A stretch of DNA of 64,000 nt from Oikopleura dioica (lineage: Eukaryota; Animalia; Chordata): the NCBI GenBank assembly GCA_907165135.1, contig OU015568.1, positions 10,292,001 to 10,356,000 of the forward strand, given 5' to 3'. Positions 49,301 through 62,790 of the stretch are shown here, one piece after another. Both the position numbers and the translations under genes were made by a program. Numbering within the stretch: position 1 is the stretch's first letter; the number at the start of each line of letters is the position of its first letter. The notes beneath the pieces are model-generated. The model had not been told where the DNA came from and did not search any database. It saw only the letters and a list, made by a program, of their open reading frames with translations.

Positions 49301-52042
49301 TGCAGCTTTTCCCAAACAGAGGGTCTCGCCTGATAACACCCCTGCTTCAGAAAACGAGCTCGAACTGGAGGGAGAAGAGTCGACTTTATCTGAGAGAGGC
49401 TGAGAGTTATCGCCCAGCTAAGCTGCAAAAAAAGCGAGCCGACATCCGATCAGAGTCATCCCCTTCGCCAAACTTGAAAGAGGGGAAGCAGATACGCTGC
49501 CAATAACGCGAATTCGAGAAGCGCCTCCCTCTCCAAAAATATGCTCATCGAAGGGGGTTTCTCAATTGCCTTCACCTGCGAATTTTCGTTGAACTTTTCG
49601 ACGACTCAATTTTTCACTGATTTTCGCTGATTCGGTGTTATTTTTGCTGCAATTTTGAATATTCTCAAAACAAGAATCAAAGTTCGCATGGCAGAATTTC
49701 GAAGAAACTCATTAAAAATCGAGAGTAAGTTATTTTCTCCTTCTTCGTTTTTAGCATAGCAGTGTTCTTCAATCGCCTGTTGACAAGGCGCAAGAATTTT
49801 AGTTTTTTCTCAAGAACATATTTGACGCCCGGGAACATGTTAGTACTCGAGCTGCTATTTTTAGTATTTCAGCGAATATCTTTCTTTGTTGTTGTTTATT
49901 CTGGCCGATTGTTGGAGACGCGGGTTTCTGCAACAGAGCTGATTAGCAACGTGATTTGTTTCCATCAAACATGCTGATTAAAACATAAAAGAAGGCTGGC
50001 GAAAAACGGCTTGCTTCTTGACCAATTGATGCTGTCTTTTATCAACTTTATTTTAACACCTCCTATGTAAAGGAACATTTTAAAGTCGAAGGTTCTTGAA
50101 CCTTTTTCGAAAAGGGCGGAAAATGCATTGGCAAAAATAGTCATTCAGAAGGTTAATTACAAACCAGTTTATTTTATTGCGAAAAAGAAAACGCGCTAGA
50201 AAGCGACCACAGAGTAAAAGTCAAAGTGTAATTAGAATGACCGTGACCGATTGGTCCAACCGGCGTTGCAAATGTCGAGTGGCAATTATTTTAACTAGGT
50301 CTAATTACGTTGATTAAGATTAGTCTGTAACGCTATTTTCAGTGAGTCAAGGAAGAGGAGTGGCGTAAAATCAAGTTACGTCTGAAGTCCTTCGGCATCG
50401 AGTTTTCTTATCTCTTTTCCGAAAGAGGAAGAGATGCGCTAGCCAAGAGCCGGACCCTTGATAAAATTGGATCCAATTTCGGTCAGCCACAGGAAAGGAC
50501 CGCGAAGCAAGCTTACGTGACTGATTTGAATAAGATGCCAAACCGCAGCTCCTGACTCGTGACTTTATACCAAGAAAAAACACTCGATTATCCACATGCA
50601 AAACGCCGCGAAAGAAATTTAACTCAGTGGAAACCTCAAACCGATTTCTAAAAACCAACCATACATCAAACAAGCTTTTTATTTATTTTTTCTTTAATAC
50701 AGAACACTCAAATAAAATTAAATCAGAGACTCTCGAATTTATTAAAATAATTTGAATTAAAAATATTAGTAAGAACAAATATCCGACAGGGTCAGAGGAG
50801 CACAATGAACAAGCTCTGTTTCAGGGATGGAATTTTAGTGGGCTTGGTTTCCCTAATATTTGGACATACCGGACGTCGAAGGATTGGAAATGACTATCCG
50901 TGCAGCCCTTTCTGCAAAACTAGCATGGAACGTTTTTTGAAGCTCCCCAATTATCTTCGCAAGGCCCACCGTCTTTGTTTTAGGTCAGTTGCGGGCGTCG
51001 ACCTCGATTAACCCGGCATCAATGGCTCTCCACGCTAGAACGTTACTGTAACATCCCTCGTACAAATAAGTAGGGACTAAGTAGAAAAGTACAGAAGTAA
51101 GTTCGCTTAAACCTGGTCTTTATCGTCAAAACTTTCGTGAAACAGGACCGAGAAAGAAAGAAACCTGCAACTCAACCCTTTAGTTGGCTTATTTTGGGGC
51201 TGATAAAATCGCCCCGATTTAGCAAAATTTTGTGCTTTGAGCGAAGCGACTTTCGGAAATTGTGATTTCCGCCGTCCCCTTTAAGAAAATTTCTCATTCA
51301 GAACATGTCAACCTCTGAGTCCTATCTTTTCCTTCGTTCTGCTTAACCCGGATTTCGCAAGCCGCCGTGTATGCGATTTTAATCCTCAGTTTTGGAAGGT
51401 TGAACTTCAGAGATTCGCTGTGGCGAGACCATTTGGATATTTTCTTTTCATAACGGAAAATCGAAATTATTGGGTCAATTAAGACCCCTTTCTAAGTCTT
51501 TTTCTTTTGAAAGAGTCTTTTATTAAATTCTTGCGGAAATTTCACGCGCGAAAAAATTCATTTTGGCAGACGTTTTGACGCCTGCGGTATGTTTTGTCGA
51601 GTCGTGGGACCCTTCACAATTTAGCTGTCTCAAGGCCTTTTAAAAAATAATCTCCCTGCCTCGCTCCGTTCAGCCCTTATAATCGAAATTATGCCGAGAC
51701 ATTGTTGACAGGATGCTTGAATTGGAGTAACGCCAGGTGTAGCTACTCTACACTGGCTAAATTTAACCCTTCAAAGCAAAGAAATAAATAAATTAGAAAT
51801 CTGAATTTGAATTTTCTGTTGTTTAAAATACCATGGGCTTTACTTTGCTTTAACATGGAATTTTAAGAATAGCGATGCTCTGGCCGAAGCTTTAAAAAAA
51901 CATGCTTACAAGCGTTCAAAATGAAAAGAACAAAGTAACAAGTGATTAGTCCCGGGAAGCATCAGACTTCAAGCAAGAAGCCGATGCGGATAAAAATTAT
52001 GACAATTGAGTACAGACGCAGGGACGCGCTTGTTTGAGTTTA

Positions 52043-53864
52043 TTACAGCTCGTAGCAAGTGGTTTCGTTCTCGGCAGTAACCAGCTTGAGCACTGAGAGG
52101 GTATTCACCTTTTCGGAAATAAGAGGACGACTTTCACAGGCACTTTTTGCAAGCTTTGAAAACGTGTTCGGAAAGTATTCTATTCTAAACATTCATTTGA
52201 CCACCATCATTATTATTTTACCATTATATTACAATTTCTAAAAAATGCTTAATATGAAATTATTATTCTGGAATAACAAGTTCCTAAAGTTATTAAATAT
52301 TCATGTTATCCGGTGTTGGAAGCACTTTGCAAAATGTTTTCAAAATCCTCCTCATTCAAATCTATTCAAGAGCTGCCATCGATTAGGGATTATCAGGGAA
52401 TACCGTTCCTGATCCATTCTTGGGACGCTGGTCGGGCTTTTCAACCCAGCACTGGAATTTTTCGGCAACGTAAGAGAGTGGTGTCCATTTCGTGGTGTCA
52501 GCTTTTGGCATGAATTTACGATTCATAGGCGTGTCCAAGATCACAGGTGCAAGGCAATAACTGGCCGCTCCTTCGGGAAGCCCGCCGTCTTTGGTCGACA
52601 CGGAACTAAGCATGTGATGGACAGCAGCCTAAAAAGATGAATTAGGTACTTAACTTTGAGGTCTGATAGAGACTAGTTTGTCTACTGAATGTATGTTTTT
52701 AAATGAAGTTATTTAGGACTTTATGAACTTTAAAGAAGCAGCGGTATAAGGGCAGCAGTTTGCTTGGGTAAAGAATATTATTACGTCCGCTGGGAACATA
52801 AAATTAACGAGATTTGTTTTGCAAAATTTGATCCTTGCAATCCTACATGAGCTATAATTTCAACCCAAATACGATTTCCGCCAGATTTCTGCTCGGAAAA
52901 CGATAGCATTTCATTTAATTTAACTCACTTTGGCAGCTCCGTAAGCGATCATGCCAGAAGTAGCCCCATCCAGGACAGGCGCGGCGCCCGGAAGGACGAA
53001 GAGACCGTTTTCTTTCAGGAACTTAGCGGCAAGAGAACACGTGATCGCGGAGGTCCACACTGATTGTCGAAGAGCAAGGTCAACGTTGGCCACGAATTTG
53101 TCGTCAGCAGCGTTTCCACCACACCACCCTCCGGCGACGTTGATGACGGCTGAAAATAAGTCTTAGAAATGATACTTGCTGCTTCTCCACTTTCTCGATG
53201 CTTAAAATTGCAAAAGAAAATGTGTCAAGGACGCGCGTACCGTCAACTTTCTCAGTGCCAGCGAGGGAGTCAAGGACGTGCTTGTTTTGCTCCGCAAGTG
53301 TGTCTTTGAGAGGCTCGCTTTGGGAAAAACGTCCGTTCGAGGGCGAAAAAAATTACTGCGTAAGTTATATTTCCTCCCTGCTTTAGCACCTATTGCTTTA
53401 TCATTTTTTTGATACAAATTTTTATCAACAATATTTATTGATTTAACTTGATTGAGATATTCTTTCTTTGAATGAGTTTTTATGATTTAAAAAGTCTGAA
53501 AACCGCCCTAGAATTCTCGCTCCCAGCTTTACTAACTTGAGTCCAAACTTGAAGTTCTCGCTGCATAAGCAAGTAAGCTTATCTGGTAAAGAAAATTGGG
53601 CGTCTCCGCGAAAATTGATAACGCAAAAAAACTGAGTGATAAGGAGTTTCTGGTTTTGCGTGTCGACCCCTTTAGGGTGAAATTTCGGTGTTTACGATGT
53701 TTGCCTCGCAAAACAAAGAAGAGAGCCTGCCCTTGCAAGACGATAACGTTCTTATCAGCGTTCGCGTTTTCGACTCGATCGACAGAGATAATCGAGTAGC
53801 CAGCTGCCTTGAAGTGTTCCACCAGGTGGCGTCCGAGTGCTCCAGCCCCGCCGTAGATAATCAT
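52043..53864 (-). CDS. QDPR: Dihydropteridine reductase
   Basis: IYGGAGALG, INVAGGWCGG, QSVWTS, GMIAYGAAK|AAVHH, PVILDTPMNRKFMPKADTTKWTPL; last exon VLKLVTAENETTCYEL* reached via GA-AG intron 52093-52408. Exact start uncertain. Confidence 0.93.
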
Positions 53865-55997
53865 ATTCTATGAGAAAATGTAACCAGAGCCTTATTTCAA
53901 ATAAGTTATTTGACGCCTATCAGTAAGGGCAAGGCATAATTAGCTCCCACACGTGTTATCGCTAAGAAAAATGCCCACTTTGCAAATTGAGGTGCTTTCC
54001 TCCGCAAGTTTATTCTTTTGCAAATTTATCATTTCAAAATAATTTTATTAAAAAAAAAATACCTTTGTTGCCATTTTATCTCTCTCAAAATCGTTGTAAA
54101 TCTCAAATCTGCTCGCTCACTCCAAAATAAACTTTTTTTGGGCGTGATCGATTTTGACTATAAAATACAAATAAAAATAATATTTGCTGGAATGACTCAA
54201 TGAGTGTGTACTAGAAGAACCATGGGTAAATTGCATAAAGCTCAATAGCGATGGACAGTTATTTTTAGAAGAATTGGCAATTCTGAATTGCGTTATTTTG
54301 AAGATTGATTTGAAAATAAAGAGTGCAAGTGTCAATGGTTGATCCTCAGTAAAAACAGAGAGAGAGTGTCAAAACGGGGAATAAAAATTATGGTGCCGTA
54401 AGCAAAAAAAAAAAAGAAGAGAGAGCGTAATCCTTCAAGCGCCGCCTGCAGTGCAACTTTCGCCCGTCAACCTGATCCCTTGAGATCAATTTGAGCCGTA
54501 ATAATGGTCGGAGGCTCAAGTTCTAGCCGTGAGAGCGTCTCTACGCCCTCCAAACTTCAAGTTGCGCGTTAACCTTTTGACGCCAGCAGTGCCGGTTTAA
54601 TTTTATTTCAACATATGAAAATGTTCCATAATTGAAGAGATGAAAATTCACAAGCTGCTACAAAAGCAGTTACAGTTGAGCCACATCCGGGAGCGGATGA
54701 ATTAGTGACAGCGTGATGAATTACGGGCCTCGTTGAATCGATGAATAATTCAACCCTCCTGGTCCGAGTTTGGAAATAAACGAAAGTCAAGATCTTCAGA
54801 ATACTGTGAATGTGAATTTCTATTCAAGTAGGCTCCTTCAAATCTATTTCCTCGCAAATTCTGGCCTCGGAAAACGAATACTGAAGAATTTACTGTATGA
54901 AAATTTAAGAAACTTCCATTCGGAAATGGGAGGGTTAACCACTGAACAGTATTTTTATTCTCCTGGGCGCAGTGTGCCAAGCAAACGACTTCCAAAGTCG
55001 AAAAGTATACGTCTTTGATTGAAAACAAATTTTAGGGAATGTATATTCAGCAGGGTGAAGAGTGGAAGTACGGGAATAAATTCGTTTACTCAACATGCTA
55101 GCGGCAAGAAAATACGTAAACACGAAGAGATCAGAGGGTGCGAATTTCAGTGAAACAATATTTTTATACGCAACGCTCGAGTAGCAAAGTTTTTAAGGGC
55201 GACGTTTTAGGAAGCTTTGTATTTATAGAAAATAAGAAGGCAAGAAAAAAGTTCAAAAAGGAACCGTATTTTCTATATTAATAAATAAAGAACACTTTTA
55301 TTACTTTTCCGTGAAACTCAACAGTGATTTATAACAAGAACAAACTTGCTGAATAAAACGGGGATTTAAAATTCAGCAGAAAGTAAAGCATGTGTGAGAG
55401 AAACATCAAGTTCTTTGTCCTTCCCTAACAAAGCTTCCTGGTCATTCAGCGAAAATATGGCCAAAGTTTAGTTTCTGCTAATCACGCGGTTATCGAATAT
55501 TGTAATCCGCCGCAGAACACGGAAATGAGGGCTCAGCAAGGCTCTGTCTCTCTCAAGTATTCGAATACTTGGACTAGTTGGAATGCACTTCAGGGGGCAG
55601 CTGGATCAGCCGAATTTCCCGAAGAGTTGCTCTTCTATTTTTTCGTTCGCTTGACACTCAGCTGATAAAGAAATTCAAGCTGCACGCCATCTCTTTTTCT
55701 TTCTACTTTAATTAACTTGTCAAAACGCAGGCTAATTTTATCGTGCTTGACGGGTACATTTGGTCAAGTACTTCTTCGGACAGGACGGTTTAGAATCACC
55801 CTTATTGCTGGAACGGGGTTGTTTTTAGGAAGAAAAGATAGTGATTAAACATGCCCCGCTTTTGCTGCACCTTTATAAATTTTTGAGGGGTGTACTTTTG
55901 AAGATTTGGAAAGGTAAGTCGTCGTTAGCTAGAACTGTTTATTACACACAGAAAATTTCAGAGAAGCAGAAAGAGATGTCATGGAATAGAGGGTTTT

Positions 55998-56504
55998 TCA
56001 ATAAAGTGAATCTAAAATTATAAATTCATTGTTTTTCGAGTCGTTTTCAGCCTGAATATTCTTTTGGTTTTTACTCTTCATTTCAGCTTTTCTGCCCAAG
56101 AATTTTTGCTTGATATGTTTAAAAGAAAGAGAACGAGTATTAGTCAAATGACAGTAGATATGGCTTTCAGCTTTCCTGATTTTCTTTTCATATCGTAATA
56201 TTCTTTCCTTAGATAATTTGATTGACTTGATAGCTCGGTTCCTTCTTTTCTTTATCTTTCCGGATTCGATAAGCTCTTCATCTTTCGAGAACTTTTGAAT
56301 TCGTATATTTTGGCGTCGGATATTTTCTTCGTATTCTGTTTTCTTCTTTCGCCAAAAACCAAGGTTAGCAAACAGGTCATTAACTTGGTGTCTTTTTACC
56401 CCATCAAAATCAATTTTTTTGATGGAACACTTGATCGGGCCACAGTCCGCGATCTCGTCTTCTTCGATTTTGTAAGCTCTATCAATTTGAACATATTCTG
56501 TCAT
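55998..56504 (-). CDS. Intronless Lys/Arg-rich coiled-coil orphan protein (168 aa)
   Basis: Long ATG-started ORF in an otherwise ORF-poor region; TATAAA about 40 nt upstream (56543-56548). Confidence 0.55.
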   Translation of the reverse strand: MTEYVQIDRAYKIEEDEIADCGPIKCSIKKIDFDGVKRHQVNDLFANLGFWRKKKTEYEENIRRQNIRIQKFSKDEELIESGKIKKRRNRAIKSIKLSKERILRYEKKIRKAESHIYCHLTNTRSLSFKHIKQKFLGRKAEMKSKNQKNIQAENDSKNNEFIILDSLY

Positions 56505-58025
56505 CGCTTTTTCAAACTGCTTTGCTCTTCTTATTCCCTGTCTTTATAAAGCATCGTCTCTCGTTTCCAACTGAGTATGCATTATTGGCGCTGAATAGGT
56601 TTCCAGCTGACTGCTCTGCTTGATTATAGGTCATCTGATCGACAAAAATCAAAGATGGTTGAAGATCTTTTTCTTTGAAAGATCTGACGGTGTCCTACTT
56701 TGTGCGCATATTTTATGCATATTGCACAATAAATTCAAAACCTGCAAAAGATTTATGGAATAGATTCCTTATCGCCAATTCAAATACGTAAAGAAAAAGT
56801 TTAAGAGAAGACCATCAATTCACATACAAAAGTAAACTCCAAAGAAGGGAAAGCCATGCTTGTTTGCAGTCTCCCCCACTTCCGGAATCCACAAAGTCCC
56901 AAAAGTTTGATGTAAAACTCCAAATAATGAGTATAGAACCGTATAAGAGCGGCCGTGAAATGTTCCTGCGTTAACCTTTCGAGTTTTCTATCAAACAGCG
57001 TGTCATGAAATCGCGGTGTTCTCCACTTGTTTTTTTACTTTGTCAGCTCAAAGTGACTCTCTCTTCTTCTAAACAAAGCCGGGTTTTATTGCACATGCTC
57101 AAAAGTGTATTGTTATACATTTGAGTGCCATCCATTGCGAGCAATTGAAGAACTAGCTACTTTTCGAGAAGGACTGGCGAGCGGAAAATGAATCGAACTT
57201 ATCTCTTCCTAAAACGACTTCCTGACTTAAGTGCCCTTCGAAAATATTTCCAGAACCGGCGATCGTTACTGGATTATCATCACGCAAATCGCCGCTATTT
57301 CGCGTTTTCCTCTAATCGTAGAATGTTATTCACGGACGTATCATTCCAGTATACCTTGTTGATTGTATAAAACATGCGATTTTCCTCTTCCTTGAGCAGA
57401 AGATAGCAATAAGCAAAAAGGTTGAATTGTAGCAGGAGTTGCCGCCGTGACACGAAGTTTGTAAACGTAGCCAGATGGCCGAATAGACGGATAAATAAAA
57501 TTTGGAAAATGATGATTTCACAAAATACAGAACACTGAATTCTTCTTGCTGGAACTGAATGAAATAAAATGCAGAGAACTGAGGTAACCTGCTTTGCATT
57601 TTTGTTGAATTCGACACCGGTCTCTCGTCCTGGAAAATTTGCATAACGCTGGTTGGATCGACTCGATCATCCTCGTGCCTAAGTCAAAAGTAGACCCAAC
57701 TCAGCAGTTCTTTTCTTTTTACTGTTTCGTTATTTACAAATTCCAGTTGAATATATTTCAAAAAGAAAAATTAGGCTTATCTATGTGCGAACTCGAAACT
57801 GCATAGAATTTGCAGCATAGATAGCAATTTTACTTTCCAAGAATCTGCATCGCTAGTTTCTGTTTTCTCATTTACAATAAATTATTAACTGAAAAAATCA
57901 CTTCGTTAAATTTTCTCAGTAGAAGAAACCGCTGAAAATTATTAACATGCGATTTTTGTTTTCAGCTGCAAGGTTGAAGTCGAACAAATTTGAGGTCAAT
58001 GTTTCTTGCTTTCGATGAGCACCTG

Positions 58026-58132
58026 ATGGGAACGATGCTCGCTTTTCGACATTTTCCCCGCGACGGAATTATTTCAGAGGATTACGAGTTCGAAACCACA
58101 GACGCGGGACGAACTTCGACCACGAGCAGCAA
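58026..58132 (+). CDS. Isolated putative first coding exon, partner exons unresolved
   Basis: Acceptor TTTTCAG at about 57965, ATG 58026, MGTMLAFRHFPRDGIISEDYEFETTDAGRTSTTSS, strong donor AA|GTAAGT at 58133. Confidence 0.3.
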
Positions 58133-59914
58133 GTAAGTGCCAGACTCGACAGGACACGGTCTCTGACCACTGCGAGCATATGGAGCAAAAGACTATCACG
58201 TGAGAAGCTTCGCCGATCGGCCACGGACAGATTTAATTCAAAAGGTTGAGTTTCCGGCGTGATATTCGAGTCCTTTCCGGGGTGTTAGCCGATCACTTTA
58301 GAGGATTTTAGCGGCTCCGCGGAAGCTGAATGACCAGTGCTAATTTCTCAAGCAATTTTAACGATATTATTGAGAGTCTTTAGAATCGAGATAATATTGC
58401 GTCTAATCTACCGTGGTGCAAACTTTAGAGAGGGTTGTGTCAACCCGCCCCACTGCCGGAGATTGACGCCCTTGATGGAAGGATACTATGATAACGAGCT
58501 GTTTGAGTGCGAATGATTCGAGCAGCAAATCTCCGCAATCTCAAAATTGCTTGCCACCAAAGAAATTCTAACCCGCCGTGAAAGGGGCCGTGACTCGTGT
58601 TTTCTCACTCTCGATGAAGCACCATTTCAATCTTTTGCGGTAAGCAACACGCGAGCAAACAAGATGATCAGTCAAAGAATCGCCAATCGCCAAATCATTG
58701 CTTTTTTTCAGCCACATCCGGCTCAAAGAACGCTGACGCCTCCACGACCAAGTACTCGTGGTTCGCCAGACACTTGGTGATTGTGGTATCGCAAAAAGAG
58801 ACCTTCAGTGAAAGTCATCGTCTTCTTAGATTCCATGAAAATGAGTGAGCGGTTCGATTTCTTCCGAAACAAAAGATTCGTTTTGAAAAGAACTCGTTGT
58901 TCAATATTTTAGCGTTTTTTTAAGTTTATCTGCCAATTTGTGGCATTAGAAATTGGCTCCGGATCAGCTGAGTCTTATCAGCAAAGCTCTCAAGAGCGAT
59001 TTTTTTTCTTCAACCACTGAGCCCGCCATGACTTCAACCACAACCACAACGACCACTATTTGCCAGATAACGACACCTGCAATGAGAAGCACGTTCGCAA
59101 GCAGCTTGAGAGTTGAGTATCACGTTCAAATGTAATTTGTATGCCAAGCTGTAGGCGTTGAATTGACTTATTGAATCCTAAACTTTAGGACCTAAAGAGT
59201 CACCCAAAATTCAAACATTGGGCTAAAAGAAAAGCCTATTCTTTTCGAAGAATCAAAAAGTTTTCTGATCAAAATCAAAATAAACGAAAAATAATGTCAT
59301 CCGACTTTTCAGAAGGGATAACATCGGTCAAGCCCTTTCATTTTTCGAAGTTAAATTTGAACGATATGCGACGTCAAAAAACGAGTGTAATCCGCCCGGT
59401 CATCCTTCGAACTAGACGTATCGAGTCCGGTTCTGAATTCTTAGGGCGTTAATGCTCCTATCAAGATCAGTGTCGACTTAGAGAAATAGCTCAGAAGTCG
59501 GAGCCGTCGTGTCGACCAAGGCGGGATTCTAACAACAAGCAAATAACTTACGAACTTACGTTTATTGCGGTTTTGGATTTAAATTGCTTGGAATGCATTG
59601 GTCTTTATCTTGTTTAAAACATACATGTTTTATTTACCAGTTGTTTATTAATTTATATTTGGCGAAAATTCAGGCGAAGATATAGTGCGGAGAATGTCAA
59701 CTTCGAATATCATTGAAATCAAGGAAGACATTTTTGGAAAAATTCCGTATTGAACTCATGAGAACGAAAAAAGAAATGACCATACAAAATTCGTTAATGA
59801 AATTCATGAAAAAGCAACGAAACAAAAGAAAACGCACCACTGCACGTTTTGTAAAATATTCAAACTGCATTTTTGGCTCATTTATGACGGAAGACACTTG
59901 AGTTTACTGGCGTT

Positions 59915-61518
59915 ATGAAAAGAGAGAAATTGAGATTCGATGTTTCGGGGATGATCTATGAATGTTCAGATGGACTTTTGCGACGGTTTCCGAAGACGTT
60001 GTTAGGTGATGTTTCCAGGAGATTGGAATACTACGATGAAAAAAGTGGAACTTTTGTCTTTGAGAACGGATAGACCATTTTATATTTTTAGAAGTATTTT
60101 GTTATGAGGGTTTCTATCCTGAAATAAGACTGCAACAGAAAAGTGTTCTCTTCTGTTTTGCTTTTTTATCAAACAAACGGGAAAGTGCTCCTGAAGCCGC
60201 AGTATTTTCCGCCTTATCTATTCGTGGAGGTTCTTGTTTTCTTTGGCCTCCACAACTACCGCCCGAGCAAGAGAATAACTTTCGGCAAATACAACCCTCC
60301 AAGAAACCAAAGTTCAGTCGCCATTATTTCCGATTGCACAAAAAGCTTCGTCACCGACTCAAGCTCATCAAAAGAGGCGATGATTTACAACAACATGAAC
60401 TTTGGTGCAATCTTGACGACGATCATGCTCATTATCTTCGAAACCACAGATCTTCCTGATCTCTTGAAGAGGATTTCTTTCACTTTGGAGAGGACTTGCA
60501 ATGTATTCTTTATTTGCGACATCGTTCTGATTGTCATATCAAGAATCGGGAATTTAAAAGCTCTCATTCGAGCATCATTTATTTTTGATATTTTGTCAGT
60601 CGTCCCCTTTCTTTTTCCTTCAAGGTATCTTTTCTTTCGAAAGAAGGAACTTTTAACATTTGAAATTTGAAGCTCAAGTTCGCTAAAAATATGCAAATTG
60701 GCGCGTCTGGGAAAATTGGCCAAATACAATAGATCGCTTCGTCTGGCAGGTTTGACTCTTGTTAGATCTGTCGTCCAGGTAAACAACAGGAGCCTGCTGA
60801 GAAAAAACAATTGCTTTAGATTGCTTTTATTGGAACAATGTTGCTGACAATGGCGACGATTTTTGGATCATTTGTTTTCTTCCTTGAGAAGAGCAGTAAT
60901 GAAAATATTTCTTCAATTTTTGGTAATTGTAATAGTGAATGTTTTATTGAATGATTTCAGATGCAATTTGGTACATAATTATTTCTGCACTGACAGTTGG
61001 ATACGGAGATATCGTGCCTTCAACAAATTATGGCAAGTTTCTTGGGGTTGCGGCGTCTCTCTCTGGAATCATTTTTATGTCGCTTCCGCTGCCTGGAATT
61101 ATTCAAAACTTTCATTCAGGATATTTGGTTTATTCAGATTGTATGTTCGGTAAAGCTACAGACCTTTTCGGGCCACTCGTCGTCATTTCAAAAAAATTTT
61201 GAGTGAATTGTATGCTCTCGTTGTCTTTTCTAAAAGATCCCAGCAGGTTCCCAGGTTCAGCAAATACAGCTCGATCAATCCATTTTTTGATTAATCAGTA
61301 AATACAAAACGAACCATCAAAAGTCCTCCCTATTGTCAAGATAAAACCGATACGATGATAAACCATTACAAGCTTACGCCGAGGATTCGAAGATTTTCCA
61401 AACCGAACTGGTCATCGCCAAGCTTCGACAGCGATCACATCTTCGATCACGAGAGCTGTCTGAGATTGCTTGCGACTCGCGAATCATTCATCCTGAAGTA
61501 CCAAGCAGCAACTCGTGA
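59915..61518 (+). CDS. Diverged voltage-gated K+ channel alpha subunit (Shaker superfamily: T1 plus 6TM)
   Basis: T1 FDVSGMIYE...RFPKTLLGD..RRLEYYD; S3 IFDILSVVPF; S4 LKICKLARLGKLAKY; pore AIWY...LTVGYGDIVP; S6 SLPLPGIIQNF; stop followed by AATAAA. Confidence 0.85.
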
Positions 61519-61672
61519 ATAAAATTTCTGTAAAATTGATGCAATAAACTTCTGATTCTCGTTGATGTCAAGTCTGGAAAAACTACTTTCCAAAACCTCC
61601 AATCTCTAGAAACCGGCGAAATGAAATTGTTATATCCATCGATTGTCCATAGAAACGAATCGCTAAGAGACC

Positions 61673-62261
61673 ATGAAGGACGGAAGCATCTACGATTATC
61701 AAACCGATCCCTTGCTTTCTGCTGGTTGCTGCAACATTGACGAGGAAACTATCGAGCTTTTTGGTGATGAACAACAAGTCGTTTATGCGGACGAGAGCAT
61801 CGATCGAGTCGTTCCTGCTTACGAAGCACCACTTTCAGTTGTTCACACGGAATCTATGAGTTTTATCATCAACAGGTCAGATAGTCCACAAGCACTGCAA
61901 GTTGATTCGATGGAAGAGCTACGACGCGCTTATAATCAAAAACACCGCCATCTTCAACGGGTTCAACATACTAAAAACTCATTCTGGCAATCTTCAGCTC
62001 GAGATCAACCCTATTATCAGGCAAAGTTCGAATAATGCAATCAAAAAAATTCCTGTAGAATGCGCTTATGAACTTATCGAGGCTGCGTACTTAGAACAAC
62101 AATGCCTTGCCGACAGGAATCGAAAGCAAAAATGGAACCACCGAGGGACCATTCTACCGTCGCCAACTGTTCGACCTCCATCCTCGATGAGATATAATTC
62201 CGAGATTTATGGGGATACGAAAGTTATTTCAAATTGTACTGATGAGTTACCAGCTCAGTAA
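61673..62261 (+). CDS. Orphan protein, exon structure unresolved
   Basis: Two overlapping ~120-aa ORFs with an acceptor just before ATG 61673 and internal splice-like signals; no recognised motif. Confidence 0.45.
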
Positions 62262-62469
62262 GTTTTTGATCAACGATTTGACGATTCAACAGTTATCGAC
62301 ACATTTAGAAAAAGTAAGTTCAAATGAATAATTCCAAATATTGAATACCTTCTTAGTAAGAATCTAAGATTCTTTTAACATTTAAGTTATTTTTAACATA
62401 GAATTGTTGAAAATGAACATTGTTGAAAAAAAGAATGTTGCTGAAATTTTCCCGGTCCTGACTCACTAA

Positions 62470-62790
62470 AAATAGATTTCGCGGGTTTTTAGTGATTATT
62501 TGTTGATTTAGTTGATTTTAGTTTTATTTTTTTAGTTGATTTTGCGCGGGAAAAAGCGGGCTGACGTTTCTGGAGGGCGGGATGCGCGGGCGGCGCGTAG
62601 TCAAACAGTGGGCGGTAGTGGGTGTCTGGTTGCGGCCGAGCGAGGGTGCGCTCTGGGAGGGCCGCCCCGATTTCATTTGTTGGCCACTTCGGCGAATAGG
62701 AGGGAATCTCGAGAAAATGTAAGCCAGACGAGAGGAACGATTGGAAGACAACGACCAATCATACTCTCACCGGAACACGATTAGTCGAGC
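62470..62790 (+). promoter_or_regulatory. GC-rich promoter and first-intron elements of NF-YA
   Basis: E2F-like GCGCGGGAAA at about 62544, TGACGT 62562, GGGCGG boxes 62575-62615, CCAAT boxes at 62740 (reverse) and 62755. Confidence 0.5.

Noticed and set aside
42760-51011. Short 60-137 aa ORFs in the gene-poor region, many with non-ATG starts
   Set aside because: No recognisable motifs or consistent exon chains; a possible small spliced gene at about 49688-50553 could not be supported.
48530-55778. 15-bp match TCAAGTACTTCTTCG at about 48530 and 55764
   Set aside because: Flanks do not extend; a single short match does not support LTRs or a duplication.
58080-58110. GTTCGAA T-loop-like motif suggesting a tRNA
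   Set aside because: No cloverleaf or A-box; it sits in a probable coding exon.
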